Positions 23,560 to 31,916 of a stretch of DNA of 64,000 bases are shown here, piece by piece. Source of the stretch: Candidatus Limnocylindria bacterium. Its GTDB lineage: Bacteria > Chloroflexota > Limnocylindria > P2-11E. A program made the position numbers and the translations under genes. The DNA lies in NCBI GenBank assembly GCA_050692175.1, contig JBOGTG010000148.1, positions 322 to 64,321 on the forward strand, written 5' to 3'. The notes below the pieces were generated by a model. That model saw nothing but the letters and a program-made list of their open reading frames with translations. It did no database searches and was not told where the DNA came from. Positions within the stretch are counted from its first letter, which is position 1, and each line of letters opens with the position of its first letter.

Positions 23560-24779
23560 TCGGCGGGGCTCTCGACGATTACGCGCGGGGCCGACCTCTC
23601 GGTGGGCGCGATCAGGCGCACGGCACCGGCCATGATCGCGCACCCCGCCGTCATGAAGATCACGCCGATCAGCAGGACGACCCGCGCGTCGGTGACGCCG
23701 AGAAGCGCCGAGGCTACGAACGGGGCCGCGGTCCCCCGGAGACCCATGAGGAGCGACTGCGCGGTCGCGTAGTCGCCGATCCTGTCGCGGGGCGCGATCT
23801 GGACGATGTTCGTGAAGAACGTGATCTCCCCGCCCGCGTTCACGATCCCGGCGACGATCGCGAGGGGTATGAGGAGCCACACGTCCGCCGCGGCGATGTA
23901 CCCGATCGGGATGAGCAGCGTCATCACGGTGTTGAGCAGCGTGAGGCGGATCGACGAACCGCGATCGATCATCCGGCCCCAGATGAGGAACGCGACGATC
24001 ATCATGCCGGACGAGACCGCGGTCATCGCGCCGATGAACGAGTTCGACGCGTTGAAGTGGTCGACGAGCATGATCGGGTAGACCGCGACGTTCATCAGGT
24101 TCCCGATCCCGAACACCGTGAATGAGAAAAGCAGGCGCCGGTACTTGTGGTCAGCCCACACCTCTCGCGCGATCGCGGGGAGCGACCTGCGTGTCGCGAC
24201 CTTGGCTGAGCCGTCGTAACGGATCCAGAAGAAAGAGAGGGCGCCGGGGAGGCCGATGAGCGCCGCGGCGGCGAACACCCAGGTCGCGGGGATGACGTCG
24301 ATGAACGTGCCGGCCACGGCGGCGGCCGCGATGCCCGCGATCGCTCCGCCGATGCGGACGTTGGCCATGGCCTGTGCCCGCTCCCGGTCCGGGTAGATCC
24401 CCTGCATGAGCGCGGTGTACGCGCTGATGTTCGCGATGCCGATGACGAAGGAAACGACCGTCGTCATCGCGAGCATGAGCGGCGTCGCGGCGGCGAGGAC
24501 ACCGATGAGGAAGGTGACCCGCGCCACGGTCACGGTGCCGGCCACGACTCGCACTTGCGGAAAGCCCATGAGGAGGTACGCGAAGATCGGCGACAAGAGG
24601 TGCCCGATGAACGGCGCGGCTATGACGATGGCGACGTCGGTCGTCGATCCGCCGAGCCGGCGCACGACGATCGGCATGAACGTGACGAGAACGGCGATGT
24701 AGACGCCACCGGCGATCGCGCTGAATGTGTCGATCCGGAAGTTACGGCGAACGCGCGCGGGCGCCCAGTTGCCATCCAT
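23556..24779 (-). CDS. MFS transporter (12 TM)
   Basis: A 407-aa polytopic protein with an MFS-like repeat organisation. Substrate unknown. Confidence 0.7.
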   Translation of the reverse strand: MDGNWAPARVRRNFRIDTFSAIAGGVYIAVLVTFMPIVVRRLGGSTTDVAIVIAAPFIGHLLSPIFAYLLMGFPQVRVVAGTVTVARVTFLIGVLAAATPLMLAMTTVVSFVIGIANISAYTALMQGIYPDRERAQAMANVRIGGAIAGIAAAAVAGTFIDVIPATWVFAAAALIGLPGALSFFWIRYDGSAKVATRRSLPAIAREVWADHKYRRLLFSFTVFGIGNLMNVAVYPIMLVDHFNASNSFIGAMTAVSSGMMIVAFLIWGRMIDRGSSIRLTLLNTVMTLLIPIGYIAAADVWLLIPLAIVAGIVNAGGEITFFTNIVQIAPRDRIGDYATAQSLLMGLRGTAAPFVASALLGVTDARVVLLIGVIFMTAGCAIMAGAVRLIAPTERSAPRVIVESPAD

Positions 24780-24839
24780 GCGAGGGATCGAACGCTAGCG
24801 CCACAAGTCACGCTTACGGAAGGCCCCCGAGGGGGCTAT

Positions 24840-25748
24840 TTAGGGTCGATCTCTCCCGCCGAAGTTGGATCGCGGCCGGTATCCACCCGGTCTCGGACCG
24901 AAGCCGCGGCGCGGTCCGTAGGGGCCCGGTCCCCCGGCGCCGCGGAACCCACCGGGAGCTCGCGGCTGGAACTGTGCCGGGCCGCGCGCGCCCGGGGCGG
25001 TGGAACTGATCACGACGCGGCGGTTCGGATCCACACCGACGGACTCGGTCTTCACGCCGGGTGTGTCCTGCACCGCCAGGTGCACGATCCGCCGTTCGTA
25101 GGCCAGCATCGGCTCGAGCGTCACGGCCTGCCCGCTCGTCTTCACGCGCGACGCCACGCGGCGAGCGATCTCGCGGAGCTGCTCCTCACGGCGCCGGCGG
25201 TAGCCCTCGATGTCGAGCGGGATGTGGACCGTACGTCCGACCCGGCGCGACGTGATCGCCGACGTGATCTGCTGCAAGGCGACCAGGTTCTCGCCCCCGC
25301 GGCCGATGAGCGCGCCGAGATCGGGGCCAAGGACTTCGACGCCTTCGGGGCGCGGACCGTCGTCCAGCGCAACCTCGGCCTCGACGCCCATCAGGGCGAG
25401 CAGGTCGCGGAGAACGCCGACGCCGGCCTCAAGATCCTCGGCGAGCGCCGGCGCGGCCTCCTCCCGCTCGGTGTCCTCGCGCTCGGCGCGCTCGCGGAGC
25501 GCGTCGGGGCGGCGCGGGACTTCGGCCTCGTCGATCACCGGCTCCGGCTCGGGCGACGCGTCCTCTTCGACAAACGTGATGAGCACGCGGGCGTCCTCGC
25601 CTCCTATACCGAGCACGTTCGCAGGCTTGCCCTTCTCCAGCACCTCGTACTCGACGTCCGTGCGCTTCTTGCCGAGGGACCGCAACCCCCGTTCGATCGC
25701 CTCCTCCACTGAACGACCCGTGAACTCCTCCCCACGGAGCGGACTCAT
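24840..25748 (-). CDS. khpB: Jag/KhpB RNA-binding protein (Jag_N, KH, R3H) with RG-rich tail
   Basis: The N-terminus reads FTGRSVEEAIERGLRSLG. The R3H region reads LEPMLAYERRIVHLAVQD. It lies immediately downstream of yidC. The last 54 aa or so are Arg/Gly/Pro-rich. Confidence 0.85.
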   Translation of the reverse strand: MSPLRGEEFTGRSVEEAIERGLRSLGKKRTDVEYEVLEKGKPANVLGIGGEDARVLITFVEEDASPEPEPVIDEAEVPRRPDALRERAEREDTEREEAAPALAEDLEAGVGVLRDLLALMGVEAEVALDDGPRPEGVEVLGPDLGALIGRGGENLVALQQITSAITSRRVGRTVHIPLDIEGYRRRREEQLREIARRVASRVKTSGQAVTLEPMLAYERRIVHLAVQDTPGVKTESVGVDPNRRVVISSTAPGARGPAQFQPRAPGGFRGAGGPGPYGPRRGFGPRPGGYRPRSNFGGRDRP

Positions 25749-26713
25749 CGCTTCCTCCTCCTCCTACCGCGACGGCGGCCTTCGCCGTCACCGTTTCGTC
25801 GCGGCACGGCCGCGGCTTCAGGCTCCCCCATGTCGTGCTCTGCTTCCGCGATCGCCTCTTTCTCGCGCTGTCGCATTTCTTTGTCGGCGGGAGTCGGGAT
25901 GTTGTCGAGCGGGGGGACCCAGCGCGGCAGCTGACCCCACCCCATGACGAAGTATTGCTGGACGATCTGGAAGATCGTCGTGGTGATGTAGTAGATGAAG
26001 ACACCGGCCGCGAGGTCTTTGAAGAAGACGACAGTGATCAGCGGCAGGTAGTAGGTCATCGACTGCATCGTCCGCTGGGTTGGGTCGTCGGTCTGCGGAG
26101 GATTTCGCGGCAGCGCCTGGATCGATGCGACGAGCTGCGTGAGCGCGGAAAGGATCGGCAGCGGGCCGATCCCGCCCAGAGGACCCAGGCTCCAGAGGTG
26201 GTCGGGTTGGGCGAGGTTCTGGAGCCAGGGGAGCCAGTGCGCGGTGAGATCGATCGTCTTATCTGGGGGCAGGTCAGAGATGAGAGGTGTGATGAACGGC
26301 CAGAGGACGAGGTCCTTGAGCTGCTGCATCGTGAGCGCGGGCGTTCCCAGCCCTCCCACCTGTTGGAACGCCGCGTACATCGCGAAGAGGACGGGAAAGA
26401 ACACGAGCATCGGCAGGCATCCGCCGACGGGGTTGATGCCCCGCTCCTTGTAGAGCTTCATCTGCTCCTGTTGCAGCTTCGCGCGGTCGCTCCCGTACTT
26501 CTTCTTGATGTCGTTCATCGCGGGAGCGAGCTCCTGCATCGAGCGCGACGAGCGGACCTGCGCGCGGAAGACCGGGTAGAGCGCGAGACGGATCGCGACC
26601 GTCACGATCACGACCGCCAGTCCGAAGTCGTGGACGAAGTAGTCCGCGAGCACCAGCAGGTTGATCAGCGGGTAGACGAGGAACGTGTTCCAGAGGGGCA
26701 GCAAGAAGTCCAT
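25745..26713 (-). CDS. yidC: membrane protein insertase YidC (short, monoderm-type)
   Basis: Conserved core (QELAPAMNDIKKKYG..QQEQMKLYKERGINPVGGCLP) and a basic C-terminal tail. Its position after yidD and rnpA fits. Confidence 0.92.
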   Translation of the reverse strand: MDFLLPLWNTFLVYPLINLLVLADYFVHDFGLAVVIVTVAIRLALYPVFRAQVRSSRSMQELAPAMNDIKKKYGSDRAKLQQEQMKLYKERGINPVGGCLPMLVFFPVLFAMYAAFQQVGGLGTPALTMQQLKDLVLWPFITPLISDLPPDKTIDLTAHWLPWLQNLAQPDHLWSLGPLGGIGPLPILSALTQLVASIQALPRNPPQTDDPTQRTMQSMTYYLPLITVVFFKDLAAGVFIYYITTTIFQIVQQYFVMGWGQLPRWVPPLDNIPTPADKEMRQREKEAIAEAEHDMGEPEAAAVPRRNGDGEGRRRGRRRRKR

Positions 26714-26929
26714 CTAGCGCTCCGGAACCGGATCGTAGCCACCACGGCTCCAGGGGTGACAGGAGAAGAGGCGCTTCGTCGCGAGCCAGCCCCCACGCAC
26801 CACGCCGTACCGTTCGACGGCTTCGATCGCGTACCCGGAGCACGTTGGGGTGTAACGGCAGGCGGGCGGCAGCATCGGGCTCACCGCGGCTTTGTAGAAG
26901 CGCAGGGCGGCCAGAACCACGGCTTTCAC
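26714..26929 (-). CDS. yidD: membrane protein insertion efficiency factor YidD
   Basis: [33 protein letters not shown] is the YidD signature. GTG 26929..26927 overlaps the rnpA stop TGA 26928..26926. Confidence 0.85.
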   Translation of the reverse strand: MKAVVLAALRFYKAAVSPMLPPACRYTPTCSGYAIEAVERYGVVRGGWLATKRLFSCHPWSRGGYDPVPER

Positions 26930-27273
26930 GCCGGGGCCACGCGCTCTGCGAGCGAGTCGAGAGCCGTCGCCGCGGCCTTTCGGAGATCGGCGAATGGGGC
27001 GGACGCGGTCTGGGCGCGCGCCACGATCACGACGTCGCAGCCGGGCCCACGAGCGAGATCGCGGATGGCCATGCGAAAAGCCTCGCGCAGACGTCGGCGG
27101 CAGCGATTGCGCGCGACGGCTCGGCCGAGCGAACGTGGTGCGGCGACCGCGACGCGAATCACGTCGAGCCCATTGGGACGTGCGCGGAGCGCGAACACCG
27201 CATGCTGAATCTTCATTCCCTCGCTCCACACCGCGGCGATATCCGCATCCCGTCGCAGACGCGCGGCGTCCAC
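26926..27273 (-). CDS. rnpA: RNase P protein component
   Basis: 115 aa and basic, with an RNR-like motif ([15 protein letters not shown]). It lies 13 nt downstream of rpmH. Confidence 0.85.
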   Translation of the reverse strand: MDAARLRRDADIAAVWSEGMKIQHAVFALRARPNGLDVIRVAVAAPRSLGRAVARNRCRRRLREAFRMAIRDLARGPGCDVVIVARAQTASAPFADLRKAAATALDSLAERVAPA

Positions 27274-27286
27274 GAATGATGTAGCG

Positions 27287-27424
27287 CTAGACGACGGTGA
27301 GGCGCTTACGGCCGCGAGCGCGGCGCGCGGCGAGCACCCGACGACCGCCGGTCGTCCTCATGCGCGAGCGAAACCCGTGCACGCGCGCACGACGGCGGGT
27401 CTTCGGCTGATAGGTGCGCTTCAA
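27287..27424 (-). CDS. rpmH: 50S ribosomal protein L34
   Basis: Not in the ORF track. The minus-strand TTG 27424..27422 opens (M)[44 protein letters not shown], preceded by GGGAGAAGGGA. Confidence 0.9.
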   Translation of the reverse strand: MKRTYQPKTRRRARVHGFRSRMRTTGGRRVLAARRARGRKRLTVV

Positions 27425-27645
27425 GGTCGAGTCCCTTCTCCCGCTTGAACAAAACGATCAAAAACGACGGTATGTGCACGTGAGCATAGCAGCAGCCCGG
27501 CGTCTTCTCGTTGGGGTATAGTTCGCGGGCTTCCGAAACGGGCGGTCGGATTCTCGGTGTTTCCCTTCGGTGTGGCGTACGGCGGTCATCGCATTGATGG
27601 TTGTGGGGAGCGTTTTTGTTGCACGTGCGTAGAGAAGGGGAGCCG

Positions 27646-29016
27646 TTGAACCTCAAGCAGCTTTGGACGGCCGTCCTCGGTGAGCTGCAGGTCGGTCTTT
27701 CGCGCGCGCAGTACGACACCTGGTTCAAGGACACCCAAGTCATCTCCGAAGAGGACGATGTCTTTCTCATTGGCGTGCCCAATGCGTTCGCACGCGAGTG
27801 GCTCGAGAGCAAATTCCGATCCCAGGTGCGCGCCGCGCTGCAGCACCTGCTCGGCCGAACCGTCGACGTGCGATTTGTGACCTCCTCCGCCGGCCCGCCG
27901 ACAGCCGCCCGCACGAGCGCGGTCCCGGGAATGACCTCGCCGACCCCCCAGGGCGGCCAGCAGACAAGCGGCCAGGAGCGGCGCGAAGCCGGGGCTCTGC
28001 TGAACGCGCGGTACACCTTCTCCACCTTCGTCGTCGGTTCGAACAACCGTCTCGCCCACGCCGCCGCGCTTTCGGTCGCCGAGCGGCCGGGCCACAGCTA
28101 CAACCCGCTTTTCATCTACGGGGGCTCGGGGCTCGGAAAGACGCATCTCATGCACGCGATCGGCCACGCGGTCATCGCGCGGCACCCCAAGAAGCGTGTC
28201 GCGTACGCGACGAGCGAGAAGTTCACCAACGAGTTCATCAACTCGATCCGCGCACAAAAGGGCGAGGAGTTCCGCGAACGCTACCGACGCATCGACGTAC
28301 TCCTGATCGACGACATCCAGTTCATCGCCGGCAAAGAAGGCACGCAGGAGGAGTTCTTCCACACCTTCAACGCGATCCACGAAGAGGGCAAGCAAATCGT
28401 CATGTCGAGCGACCGGCCGCCGAAAGCGATCACCCAGCTCGAGGACCGGCTTCGCTCGCGTTTCGAGTGGGGTCTCATCGCGGACATCTCCGCCCCCGAT
28501 CTCGAAACGCGAATCGCGATCCTTCGGGCGAAAGCAGAGGCACAGAACGTCGCCGTGCCCCCACCCGTGGTCGACTTTCTGGCCCAACGGATCGTGTCGA
28601 ACATCCGTGAGCTCGAAGGCGCGCTGACGCGGATCGTCGCGTTCGCCGCGCTCCAGGCCGTGCCGGTCACGACACAGCTCGCGCAGGAGATGCTTCAGAA
28701 CCTTCTCTACAACCCGCACCGCAAGAGCCTCTCGCCCGAGCGCATCGTCGAGACCGTCGCGCGCTACTACGGCGTCCCGCTCGACCAGATCAAGGGGAAG
28801 GCACGCGATAGACAGGTCGTTCTCCCGCGCCAGATCGCCATGTACCTCATGCGCGAGGAGACCGAGGCCCCACTCATGAGGATCGGCGAGGCTCTCGGCG
28901 GGCGCGACCATTCGACCGTGTTGCATGGCTGCGAGAAGATCGAGCGGGAGATGGCCGAAAACGATGACTTTCGTCGGGATGTCGGGACGCTCCGCGAGCT
29001 CTTGTACGCCGACTGA
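27646..29016 (+). CDS. dnaA: chromosomal replication initiator DnaA
   Basis: AAA+ Walker A GGSGLGKTHL, Walker B LLIDDIQF, sensor and box VII motifs, and the domain IV DnaA signature (HSTVLHGCEKI). The start is placed at TTG 27646 (LNLKQLWTAVL) after GAAGGGGAG. Starts at 27601 or 27625 are also possible. Confidence 0.95.
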   Translation: MNLKQLWTAVLGELQVGLSRAQYDTWFKDTQVISEEDDVFLIGVPNAFAREWLESKFRSQVRAALQHLLGRTVDVRFVTSSAGPPTAARTSAVPGMTSPTPQGGQQTSGQERREAGALLNARYTFSTFVVGSNNRLAHAAALSVAERPGHSYNPLFIYGGSGLGKTHLMHAIGHAVIARHPKKRVAYATSEKFTNEFINSIRAQKGEEFRERYRRIDVLLIDDIQFIAGKEGTQEEFFHTFNAIHEEGKQIVMSSDRPPKAITQLEDRLRSRFEWGLIADISAPDLETRIAILRAKAEAQNVAVPPPVVDFLAQRIVSNIRELEGALTRIVAFAALQAVPVTTQLAQEMLQNLLYNPHRKSLSPERIVETVARYYGVPLDQIKGKARDRQVVLPRQIAMYLMREETEAPLMRIGEALGGRDHSTVLHGCEKIEREMAENDDFRRDVGTLRELLYAD

Positions 29017-29328
29017 CCAGCGCGGTCGCCTGTCCGTGGTTCCCGAACGCGCCGCTCCCGCGCTCCTGAAGTGTGGATAAGAGGGCCCGGCGTGTGGATA
29101 AGAACCCCTGTTTGTGGACAGGAAGGGGCGTCGGATCTTCGATTATGGAACGTATGTCCTACTGGCGGACGTGCCACGTTTTGGGGTCCACACGCTATCT
29201 TCAGCCGTCCACACCCCACCCGAAGCCAGGCGGAGCACAAGCCATGAGGAAAGCCCCATAGTCCACATGACTACTACCGCCACTACTGGTTGTATGAAAC
29301 TTTCGTGGGTACGAGCGGGGAGGGCCGC
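29017..29328. other. predicted oriC (dnaA-dnaN intergenic DnaA-box cluster plus an AT-richer core)
   Basis: Two perfect TGTGGATAA boxes (29072..29080, 29093..29101), TGTGGACAG (29113..29121), and three opposite-orientation xxxTCCACA boxes (29184..29192, 29205..29213, 29259..29267). These flank the AT-richer segment 29131..29165. Confidence 0.7.
29072..29121. promoter_or_regulatory. three direct DnaA boxes (two perfect 9-mers)
   Basis: TGTGGATAA x2 is the reverse complement of the consensus TTATCCACA. TGTGGACAG is a 7/9 match. Confidence 0.75.
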
Positions 29329-30456
29329 GTGAAGGTCGTTTGTTTACAAGAGAACCTGGCGCACGGGCTCGGGATTGCCGGTCGCGGAGTCTCGACCCGG
29401 GGAAGCCTGCCTATCCTTGGAAACGTTCTCCTCCGCACCGACGCGGGCCGCCTCCGTCTGACGGCGACCAATCTCGAGGTGGGGATCAACTGCTGGGTAC
29501 CGGCCAAGGTTGACGACGAAGGCGCTATCACCGTGCCGGCGAAGCTCTTCATCGACTTTGTGAACTCGCTCCCTTCGGGCAACGTAGAGCTCTCACTGAA
29601 TGTACGGACCAAGACCATGCATCTGAAGTCCGGCCCGTATGAAGCCAACATCAAAGGTATGGATGCGGAGGAGTTTCCGATCATCCCGCAGATTCCGGAA
29701 AAGCCGACGACTCGCATGTCGCAAGGCACGCTGCGACGGATGATCGGGGAGGTCGCCTTCGTCGCAGCGACCGACGACAGCCGTCCAGTGCTCACGGGAG
29801 TACTCACCACTTTCGCGGGTGACCTCGTCACCATGGCGGCCGCCGATCCGTATCGACTGTCTGTACGGCACGCGCGCCTTCTTGACCGTGTCGAGCCGCC
29901 GATCGAGGTGATCATCCCTGCGAAGAGTCTCTTCGAGGTTGCCCGAATTCTGCAGGACACCGAGGAGGGGACGGTCGACATCCTGGTGACCCCGAATAAG
30001 AGCCAGGTGATCTTCCACACCGACGAGGCCGATCTCGTCTCGCGGATCATCGAGGGCCAGTTCCCAAATTACCGGCAGGTCATCCCGACCAGCCATTCGA
30101 CGCGCGTGCTTGCCCAACGCGAGGAACTCCTCAAGGCCACACGCCTCGCGTCGTACTTCGCGCGCGACGCAGCGAATATGTTGCGGTTTCAGGTGGACCC
30201 GGCGAACGATCCGCCGCTCGTGATCACGGCGAATGCGGCGGAGGTCGGTGACAACACGGGACGGATCGACGCAACCGTCGAAGGCCAGGCCACGACCATC
30301 GCGTTCAACTCACGGTTTGTCGCCGATGCGCTCTCCAGCCTCTCCGCACCGGAGATCGCGATCGAGCTCGGCGGTCCGCTCGCGCCGGGCGTCGTCCGGA
30401 TCGTTGGCGACGACAGCTATCTTCACGTGGTGATGCCGCTTCGCATCCCGGCCTGA
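29329..30456 (+). CDS. dnaN: DNA polymerase III beta sliding clamp
   Basis: Three-domain clamp pattern (VKVVCLQENLAHGL ..., RIIEGQFPNYRQVIP). The start is proposed at GTG 29329 after GGGGAGGG. The track ORF begins at TTG 29290. Confidence 0.93.
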   Translation: MKVVCLQENLAHGLGIAGRGVSTRGSLPILGNVLLRTDAGRLRLTATNLEVGINCWVPAKVDDEGAITVPAKLFIDFVNSLPSGNVELSLNVRTKTMHLKSGPYEANIKGMDAEEFPIIPQIPEKPTTRMSQGTLRRMIGEVAFVAATDDSRPVLTGVLTTFAGDLVTMAAADPYRLSVRHARLLDRVEPPIEVIIPAKSLFEVARILQDTEEGTVDILVTPNKSQVIFHTDEADLVSRIIEGQFPNYRQVIPTSHSTRVLAQREELLKATRLASYFARDAANMLRFQVDPANDPPLVITANAAEVGDNTGRIDATVEGQATTIAFNSRFVADALSSLSAPEIAIELGGPLAPGVVRIVGDDSYLHVVMPLRIPA

Positions 30457-30472
30457 TCAGCGGGTCGCCGTC

Positions 30473-31609
30473 ATGCGTGTCGCCGCGATCGGACTAGAGG
30501 ATTTCCGGAGCTACGAGGACCGGAGGCTCGACCTCGCCCCAGGCGTCACCGCATTCGTCGGTCCGAACGGCGCTGGGAAGACGAACATCCTCGAGGGGGT
30601 GCACCTTATCGCGCGGGGCGAATCGTCGCGGGCCGGTGACGATGCCGAGATGATCCGCTGGGGCGCTCCCCTCGCGCGAGTCGCTGTGGACGCATCCAGA
30701 GCCGCTTCGCGGTCAGGGCCCCCCGCCCCTCTGGACCGGACCCGCCTCGAAGTGACGCTCTTCGCGCCGGCGCTCGACGTGCGTCGGCGGCCGCGCCGCT
30801 ACACCGCGGATGGAGCGCCGCGCCGACCGGACGACGTCGTGGGCACGATCGCGGTTGTCGCGTTCTTTCCGGAGGACACCGATCTCCTTAGGTCGGCGCC
30901 GTCCGCGCGGCGCCGCTATCTCGATGCGATGGTCGCGCAGGTCGATCGTTCGCATCGAGCCGACACGCGTGCATACGCGAACGTGCTCACGCAACGGAAC
31001 GCGCTGCTGCGCGCGGGACGCGATGACGAGCCCGTTTCAGAGAGCGAGATCGCTTTCTGGGATACGGAGCTCGTGCGGCTCGCGACCGCCATCTCGCTGC
31101 GCCGTGAGGCGGCCGTCCGCGAGCTGCGTCCGGCATTCCGCGCCGCCGCGGCCGCGCTCGGCGCCGACCCCGCCCCGGACGTGGCGTACGCCGGGCAGGT
31201 GGAGGGTTCGACCGCGGAGGAGCGAGCCGAGGGTTATCGCCGCCTGATTGCCGAGAAGCACGATCGCGAGCGTTGGCAGGCGACGACACTCGTCGGCCCG
31301 CACCGCGAGGACCTCGCGGTCGCGGCGGGAGAGCGTGCATTCCCGACGTTCGCGTCGCGCGGAGAACAGCGGTCGACCGTCCTCGCGTTGAAGCTCGCCG
31401 AGGCCGAATGGATTCGCGCGCATGTGGGTGAGCCCCCGATCTTCTTACTCGATGACGTTCTCTCCGAGCTCGACACCGCCCACCGCGAGGCGCTGTGCCG
31501 GGCCCTTCCCGAAGACGCGCAGACCCTTCTCACGGCTGCCGTGCTCACGAGCATCCCCGAGGCTCTACGGCGGGAGGCGATGGTCGCAGAGGTCGTCCGA
31601 CCCGGATGA
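30473..31609 (+). CDS. recF: DNA replication/repair protein RecF
   Basis: Walker A GPNGAGKTNILE, an SMC-like signature (SRGEQRSTVLALKLAE) and Walker B IFLLDDVLSELD. Confidence 0.9.
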   Translation: MRVAAIGLEDFRSYEDRRLDLAPGVTAFVGPNGAGKTNILEGVHLIARGESSRAGDDAEMIRWGAPLARVAVDASRAASRSGPPAPLDRTRLEVTLFAPALDVRRRPRRYTADGAPRRPDDVVGTIAVVAFFPEDTDLLRSAPSARRRYLDAMVAQVDRSHRADTRAYANVLTQRNALLRAGRDDEPVSESEIAFWDTELVRLATAISLRREAAVRELRPAFRAAAAALGADPAPDVAYAGQVEGSTAEERAEGYRRLIAEKHDRERWQATTLVGPHREDLAVAAGERAFPTFASRGEQRSTVLALKLAEAEWIRAHVGEPPIFLLDDVLSELDTAHREALCRALPEDAQTLLTAAVLTSIPEALRREAMVAEVVRPG

Positions 31610-31905
31610 GGCCGCTCGCTGCCGCGATCGCTCGAGCCCTCCGCACGCTTCGCCTGGATAGCGACGTCGCGAAGGCGGACGCGATGCGCGCGTGGAGCGG
31701 GGTCGCTTGCGCCGTCATCGGCCCCGACGCCACCCGGACGACCGCGCTTCGCATGGACGAAGGCACCCTCGTGGTGGCGGTCCCGACCGCCCAGTGGGCG
31801 GCGGAGATACACCTGCGTGAAGAGGAGCTCGTCGCCGAGCTCGCATCTCGGGCACCGCGGAGCGGCATCGCGAGGATCCGCTCCGTGCCGGCGTCGCGCA
31901 CCTAG
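31606..31905 (+). CDS. dciA: DUF721/DciA-family protein
   Basis: A 99-aa protein (MRPLAAAIARALRTL...WAAEIHLREEELVAEL) in the conserved post-recF position. ATGA overlap with the recF stop. Confidence 0.7.
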   Translation: MRPLAAAIARALRTLRLDSDVAKADAMRAWSGVACAVIGPDATRTTALRMDEGTLVVAVPTAQWAAEIHLREEELVAELASRAPRSGIARIRSVPASRT

Positions 31906-31916
31906 ACTCGCCACCG

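Noticed and set aside
27470-27635. Additional parS sites around CACGTG cores (about 27476 and about 27622)
   Set aside because: The flanks match the parS consensus poorly: at best one half-site, TGTTG-CACGTG.
27425-27645. rpmH-dnaA spacer as the main DnaA-box cluster
   Set aside because: It has only degenerate matches (for example TGTGGGGAG, TGTGGCGTA) plus an A-rich tract. The perfect boxes are all in the dnaA-dnaN spacer. It may still contribute as a second origin element.
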